Assembly: GCA_964016885.1 (NCBI GenBank)
Contig: OZ024747.1
Coordinates: 76,074,001 to 76,138,000, forward strand
From: Eledone cirrhosa
Lineage: Eukaryota
Direction: 5' to 3'
DNA length: 64,000 nucleotides
The notes beneath the pieces were generated by a model. It worked only from the letters and a program-made list of their open reading frames with translations. It made no database searches and was not told the origin of the DNA. Below, one piece after another: positions 56,933 to 64,000 of the stretch. The translations under genes were made by a program, and so were the position numbers. How positions within the stretch are numbered: the stretch's first letter is position 1; each line of letters starts with the position of its first letter.

Positions 56933-56933
56933 C

Positions 56934-57011
<78 letters not shown>

Positions 57012-57061
57012 GTGTGTGTGTGCATGTGTGTATATAATTATATATATATACACACACACGC

Positions 57062-57137
<76 letters not shown>

Positions 57138-57179
57138 ATACTTTGGGAGGGTCATGTTGCCAATAAGAATTCAGAAACG

Positions 57180-57234
<55 letters not shown>

Positions 57235-57251
57235 TATATATATATATATAT

Positions 57252-57289
<38 letters not shown>

Positions 57290-57900
57290 ATGAGAAGAAA
57301 GAAGATACTGCGTGGTTTGCACATGGGTTACATATGATAAAAATAGTCCATTGTCAGTGATTTTCCAACCATCATTGGTATTTCATCGCATTAAAAATCA
57401 GATACCTCAGGTTGGTGCGAGCAATAATCTAAAAAAAGTTATTGGGACCAGTAATCGGGTAAAGCGAGGGGGACAAGTGAACAACATAGAAGGATAAAAA
57501 CAAACCAAAGAAAGGAAATAAACAAGCAACATGGTACTCCTGGTCAGCATAAGCTAGATAGATTTCATGACCGAAAAGTATAGACGTCCGACTTGAGTGA
57601 GATGTAAGCAAGAAGGTAGGTGACTTCTTCCATGTTCTTGTCACGGCTGGAACACTGTTGCTTTTTGAAAGAGTTCTATCACTGTGTAATGTAATTGTCG
57701 TTGAATAAAACCGATGTAGTTGACCCGCATGTGCAGATCAACTCATGAACTACATGGTTTCTTAAGCATCTTGGCTTTGTGAGGTTCGTTACTGCTGTAA
57801 ATGTAGTTTTTTCCGTAAGAAGTCATCGCTGAAGCAGGCAGACACCTTGTTTGTGGCTCTATGAAAGGTTTGTATCAATGTCTCTCCCTCCCCCTTGATA
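57290..57900 (-). pseudogene. Decayed PLE 3' end (GIY-YIG endonuclease remnant)
   Basis: Minus ~57770-57670 reads CLRNHVVHELICTCGS, frameshift, YIGFIQRQLHYTVIEL, resembling the VVY..C.CG..YIG.T.R.L..R..E pattern; HHR-like remnant at ~57365-57418. Confidence 0.55.
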
Positions 57901-58553
57901 TGTTATTCGTACTGGGAGACCAGATCATTTGGTATCCATTCCTTGACGCTTTTCTACGATTTTGCAGTGGTGAGACAAGACGAAGAAAACCCAGTTTTTC
58001 TTTTTGTTCTCTTGTATATTTGTTTGTTTCCTCATTTATGGCTCGCTGTCATTTTCTTTTCTTTCTCCATCTTTCCTTTCTCTGTCTTCTTGTCTTTGTC
58101 TGGCCTGCCCTTGATGTTTTGGTTGCTGCTAGAACGACGGTTGGTAGTTGATGCTGGTGGGTGTGTGACACTGTTAACCCCCTCCCCTTATTTTCTCTCG
58201 CATAAACAGATCCTCGAAGCTTGTCCGTAGACTCTCCTCGGCAGCAGATTATCAGTAAATGCTAAAAATAAAATGAAACAAAAAATGATAGGACTATATT
58301 AGCCGATAACATCCAAATTCCACATAGAATTCCTGACAAAAGGTGGACAACTATGAAGTCTCTACTGATATCACAATAGAGACCAACTATTTACACACAT
58401 ATACAACATGAGTCGTGAAACTAATTATGATAACTGCCATGTTTCAACAGTTGAGATATTTTAAATCAGGCTTCTACGATCTCCTACCATTCCCATGATA
58501 GATTACCACCTCGTCTCAGCAAGGGGTTAATACACCACTAGTTTGACTATTCT

Positions 58554-58751
<198 letters not shown>

Positions 58752-58870
58752 TGTACTCCAATGTTACTAGGTAGTCGCATTGGATGGAGTCAACTGACGT
58801 CGGAGATTGCTCAACGTATAATAAAATATAATAAAATATGTTTTAAAATCCGGAGAAAATATGAAGAAGA

Positions 58871-60426
58871 AGGTGGTTCAATAACATCAGTGACAAAAAC
58901 AAATCTTCTTTTATTCAATTCGATATAGATGAATACTATTCCTCTATTTCACCTGAAACTCTGCATTCGCTAAGGTTAACTCGGACCTCACAAACGAGGA
59001 TATTAATATTATACTTGAAGCTAGACGCACAGTAGTCCATTTTGAAAATAGTTATTGGGTCCGCAGAGATAGACCCTCGGAATTTGACATTACGATGGGT
59101 TCTAATGATTCGGCGGAAGTTACGGATTTGGTTGGAATCTATATAGCTCACAGACTCCAGAGCGAATTTATTGACCTCCACGGCGGAATCTACCGTGATG
59201 ATGCACTCCTATTAGTCAAAAATATGAACAAACAAAACCTAGAAAGGCGACGTAAAAACATTAGGAAACTTTTCTTAGAACTAGGACTTAGTATTACCTT
59301 CGAACACAATCTTAAAGTGGTCAATTTCTTGGATGTCACCTTCAACCTTAATAACGGTAATATAAAGCCATTTCACAAACTTAATGAAAATCTCAAATAC
59401 GTTAATGTAAGATCGAACCATCCCCATTCCATTATTAAATCTATCCCTAAAAATATATCCGTAAGGATCTCCCGACTATCGTCTAATTTGCAGACCTTCA
59501 ACGAGCATGCTGAGTATTATAACGACGCACTTAGAAAAGCTGGTTACTGCGAGAAAATAGAATATCTAGAAGATAACCACATAGGTACTATGAATAAATC
59601 ACATCTAAGTCGAACTAGTATTGCACCACACAGACACATTAATAGGCATAATAATAGGTGCAAACCAACAAATAGAGTTATACGTAGAGAGTACATATGG
59701 TATAACCCCGTGTACAATATTTCTATTAGCACTAAGATTATCTCGCAATTATATACACTGATCAATAAACACTTTACAACTTCACATAAATACTATAAAA
59801 TCTTAAACGCGCGCACCATTAGACTCTCATACTCCACTGCACCTAACATAGAACAACTAATTAAAAAGCTCAACTCAACAATACTAAATAAGTACATCCC
59901 TAATGACACAGCGCATCAGCATAGCGACATACAACGCACTAACACGCAGCTACAACCCCACCAAACTATCCAGGATACTACTGCAAAACATAAAAATAAC
60001 TGTAACTGCACTAAACCAGGTTCGTGCCCATTGAATAACCAATGCCTAACACGCAATATTGTCTACCGATGTACAATAAATTCCGGAACCAACAAATGGT
60101 ATTACGTCGGATGTACCGCAACATCTTTCAAAGCTCGCTTATACCAACATCGATCTTCGATCAAGCATGAGAAAATGCGCTCCGTAACAACCCTCGCCGA
60201 TAAAGCCTGGCAGCTTCGGAAGAACAATCAAGCATTCTCCCTTGATTGGCAAATTATTACAGTTGCGCCAGCATATAAGCAAAATCACCGATTTTGTAAA
60301 TTATGCAATATGGAGATATACTGCATTTTAATGTCGGAAAACAAACTTTTGAACAGCAAAATTGAACGTTCACTTTACTGTGACCATCGTTTAAAAATGA
60401 CTTTTTCTTTTTTTAAATGCATATAA
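58871..60426 (+). pseudogene. PLE reverse transcriptase-GIY-YIG protein, N-truncated and frameshifted at ~58962
   Basis: WFNNI..FIQFDIDEYYSSIS, frameshift, FDITMGSNDSAEVTDLVG, GIYRDD, VNFLDVT, SNHP, IWYNP, CNC-x5-CPL-x3-C linker, IVY..YVG..FKARLYQH, CKLCNME. The 59095-60426 ORF is its open part. Confidence 0.9.
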
Positions 60427-60854
60427 TGTTATCTTTTTACACGACCATTTGCAAATTTTTATTATTTTTATTTCATATTTTTATATGTTTATACACACGA
60501 TATCGCTTTTTATAATAATAGCACTAAACACTGTTTTTTAGACCCCTTTAGAAATATCCTGCTACTATAATAGCCCCAATAACTTTTCTATTATTCTGTA
60601 CTACATTGACCCCTTTAACTAAATTTTGTCCAAACAACACCACTAGAAGAATTTACTTCCCCCGCCACCCCTAACACGCCTCATTTAGCTAACTGCTGCC
60701 AAAACATTTTCTTCTATACAATCTCTACTACCCTGACAGTCTTGAATCCTAAGACTATCTCCCCCTTACTCGCTTCCCTCTTTCTCTTCCCTCCCTACCT
60801 CCTACTTTCTCACATATCTAGTGTATAAAATATTCTCCTATCATTCTACCATAA

Positions 60855-60971
60855 AGGTCTGACGACATGGTGTGTTCTCTTACAGTATACCTACGATTCA
60901 TGATAATATTTTTATATTATACAAATAGCGAGGTATAGGTAACCCACACACTATAGAAACAATTGTTACCT
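60855..60971 (+). ncRNA. Type I hammerhead ribozyme in the PLE 3' repeat, long stem II
   Basis: aggt-CTGACGA-c atggtgtg...cacactat a-GAAA-CAATTG-TT-acct. Confidence 0.8.
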
Positions 60972-61013
60972 AGTAAATTCTTTATACCCGCATCTCCGTT
61001 TCATAAACTTCTT

Positions 61014-61070
<57 letters not shown>

Positions 61071-61097
61071 CATATATATATAGTAATAATAATATAT

Positions 61098-62578
61098 TTG
61101 AAGACTAAAATCCAAAGAGGGCTCGATAAGGATAAATATATATCAAATATATAAGAACCGTAGAGCAAATATTTATTAAAATAACAGATTAAAGTTTAAG
61201 CAAAGAATCACTGCTTTCACCCTTAACGGGAACTTCTGAAACTAACAAAGTCAATCTGTAAACGCAGAAGTGGATATTTCAAAAAACGTTGCAGCCGGAG
61301 GAAGACAGGAAGACGATACTTTGGTTCGTGGAAACGTTCCCTGGCAAAGAACGGGAAAAAACGAATATAATACGTCATTAATAGGAGCGGTGAAAAACAA
61401 TTACGCGCAAAGACAGAACCACGTTTATGGTATAAAAGAGGTCGTAGACTAATGTTCTCTTAGGTGGTTCATAGAGACGTTCTCTGGCAATGAACGAAAA
61501 AAATCTGAGGCAATTTCGGCTTGTAAACATAAATTGCACAAAACTCTCCTGTATTACAGCCCCACGTTATATCCTAACGGATAGTACGATCTATACGTGG
61601 ATATTTTACATCTTGATGTGATAGCTAAGTATATGTTTTGTTTATACCATTACTTATTTGCATAGGTAAGTATATATTACCTGTGAAGGTACGTATACTT
61701 TCTCGTACATATATTTGATTGTATATGTTATGGCGTATAATTTTATATATTCTGGTAGATATGGTTTGGTTTTGTGTATACGGGAGTTTTGCGTCTGTGT
61801 GAGTATGCAGGTTCGTACATATGTAGAGTGTCTGTATATGTGTACTTCATGTTTTGGTTGACTTACGTCTCCGAACATTTGTGTATTTACATGTAGGTAT
61901 GTGTGTGCGCTTGTTATATACGTATTTATTTATTTATATACGTTTATTTAATTATTTATTTATTTGTATACACGCACACACACACATATTTATATGTGCG
62001 TGGTTTTGTATACCATATGGTAAGTGTTTTCGCGCATGCTTGTGTATGCACGTATTTGTATGCGTGTATGTATTTATTTAATTTCTATTACCTATGTATT
62101 GTATTTATTTACTTTATTCTTAACTCTGAAGCGGAGATACATTCGGTCTCCTAGTTAGAATTTTAGTCTACGACTTCTGCTATACCATTTACGTGGTTTT
62201 GTCTTTGCGTGCAATTGTTCTCCACGATCCACATATGACGTATTATCTTGGTTTTTTTCGTTCATTGCCAGGGAACGTCTCTATGAACCACCTAAGAGAA
62301 CATTAGTCTACGATCTCTTTTATACCATAAACGTGGTTCTGTCTTTGCGCGTAATTGTTTTTCACCGCTCCTATTAATGACGTATTATATTCGTTTTTTC
62401 CCGTACTTTGCCAGGGAACGTTTCCACGAACCAAAGTATCGTCTTCCTGTCTTCCTCCGGTTGCAACGCTTTTTGAAATATCCACTTCTGCGTTTACAGA
62501 TTGACTTTGTTAGTTTCAGAAGATCCCGTTAAGGGTGAAAGCAGCGATTCTTTGCTTAAACTATAATCTGTTATTTTA

Positions 62579-62585
<7 letters not shown>
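61098..62585 (-). mobile_element. Large fold-back element with tail hairpin
   Basis: ~330-bp arms 61168-61500 and ~62250-62585 around a ~700-bp spacer; tail GCTC-TA...TA-TC-GAGC (minus, 61166-61121); ~139-bp tandem subunit in the arms. Confidence 0.8.
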
Positions 62586-62623
<38 letters not shown>

Positions 62624-62664
62624 CGAAACATAAGTCAATTGCATGAACTCATAATTCTTTATTT

Positions 62665-62720
62665 ACTGTTATATATATTTCGATGATAGCCATTGAATGG
62701 CTATGACCTCATCAGGCAGT
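62665..62720 (-). ncRNA. Type I hammerhead ribozyme in a short (TA)n-flanked element (~62620-62768)
   Basis: Minus strand: actgc-CTGATGA-ggtc atagccat tca atggctat catc-GAAA-TATATA-TA-acagt. Confidence 0.7.
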
Positions 62721-62772
62721 TAGTCAGTTCTTAGATATGCCAGCTCTGTGTTTATAGTGTTGATGGTATATA

Positions 62773-62912
62773 TAACGAAGGAAATGTGGTAAGGAACCAG
62801 ATGGACCATAACGCACCAAAGTACTCAATACTTAGGGTAGTAGAGTGGGTAATAGGAACGAGTTGGACCCCGACGGCTGAGCTCAACCCGTTTCGACGGC
62901 TAATTCTGGACT
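62773..62912 (-). mobile_element. Family D element, 5'-truncated (HHR 3' half plus tail)
   Basis: Reverse-complement match to 53090-53227. Confidence 0.85.
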
Positions 62913-62913
62913 A

Positions 62914-62985
<72 letters not shown>

Positions 62986-63035
62986 TATACATTAATAATA
63001 AGGAACACGAACGAAGTATCAATATAAATCATATA

Positions 63036-63113
<78 letters not shown>

Positions 63114-63295
63114 CTTGTGTGTATAATGTATGTATGTATACTATAAGGTATACGCCATTAATAACCACAGAGTAAATTAGATAGGAGCTACAAGTACCAA
63201 GGTTACAAATTATATATACATATATATATATATATACACATACACACACACACAGATATATATATATATATATATATATACATACATACACGCAC

Positions 63296-63364
<69 letters not shown>

Positions 63365-64000
63365 ATAAACATGATTTTTATTGGAAGGATATGATATCAG
63401 AAGCTGGTTCAGGATAATCGATAACAAGCTCACACAGTTTATCTATGTCGATTTCTAATATACTACGATCTCCACCTTAGATTTTGTTATGTGTGACAGA
63501 GCATACAATCAGATCTGCCCTTTCTTCATTGTATGAGTCTGTGTACGTGTGTATCTATGCATACAAGTATATTGATATGGGTTTTCGAATAGTAACAGTT
63601 GCTGTTATAAATTTCCAAGCTGTTGTGGTATAGTCTGGACGTTTCAGAGGCTGGATTATGTTTGTTCTAATTATATCTTTCATTCCGTCACTAATAGAGA
63701 ATTTTCCGACGCTACTCAGCATTTTTCTAAACTATCTTAAGACGTACTCTCACCAATTCTACTATTCTCACTTTACAGAGATTTGGACCGAATTTTCTCC
63801 CCTTCTTTGTCGAAAGCTATTATTATTTTACCTTTTCCTCTAGGACACCGAGCTGGCAAGCACTAGATTCGTAACTTCGTTCGATCTTAAGTCCAGACGT
63901 GTCATCGCTCCCTGTCAGATAGAGAGATCCCCCATCCACTTAGGGGTAGGTAAGAGATGTCTTCTCTTGTGGAAATTGGTATAGCTTTCATTATGTCAAA

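Larger units (their letters stand above)
58752..61016 (+). mobile_element. 5'-truncated Penelope-like retroelement (Naiad-like) with an inverted tail at its 5' end
   Basis: RT plus GIY-YIG ORF; 3' HHR at 60855-60971; 58752-58872 is an inverted tail segment; (TA)n on both sides. Confidence 0.9.

Noticed and set aside
59095-60426. Selenoprotein-type Naiad with UGA recoding
   Set aside because: No in-frame TGA in the ORF; the cysteines are ordinary TGY codons.

Overview
AT-rich, microsatellite-saturated animal genomic DNA, probably an octopus (inferred from the SINE and LINE repertoire). No host gene is clearly supported. Recognisable coding elements: a full-length L1/Tx1-clade LINE (~10823-16534, minus; intact 1144-aa ORF2, broken ORF1) in a (GATA)n tract, and a 5'-truncated Penelope-like element (PLE; RT plus C-terminal GIY-YIG, Naiad-like; ~58752-61016). 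Most other ORFs in the track are repeat artefacts. The main signal is a PLE/hammerhead-ribozyme (HHR) system. (1) The 14.4-kb array of ~468-bp units (36875-51233, 30 full units plus one partial) has a type I HHR on the minus strand of every full unit, shows an 8-unit higher-order repeat, and ends in a fold-back; it looks like a very large retrozyme concatemer. (2) More than 15 short, mostly sequence-unrelated non-autonomous elements sit in (TA)n tracts; many are fold-backs carrying an HHR, several with a compensatory U3-A8 core. (3) About nine families share a covarying bulged hairpin, RCUC-stem-loop-stem-UY-GAGY, and the inverted arms usually stop a few nt upstream of it. The same hairpin occurs in the ORF-bearing PLE. 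All structures were read by eye; none was computed or tested.
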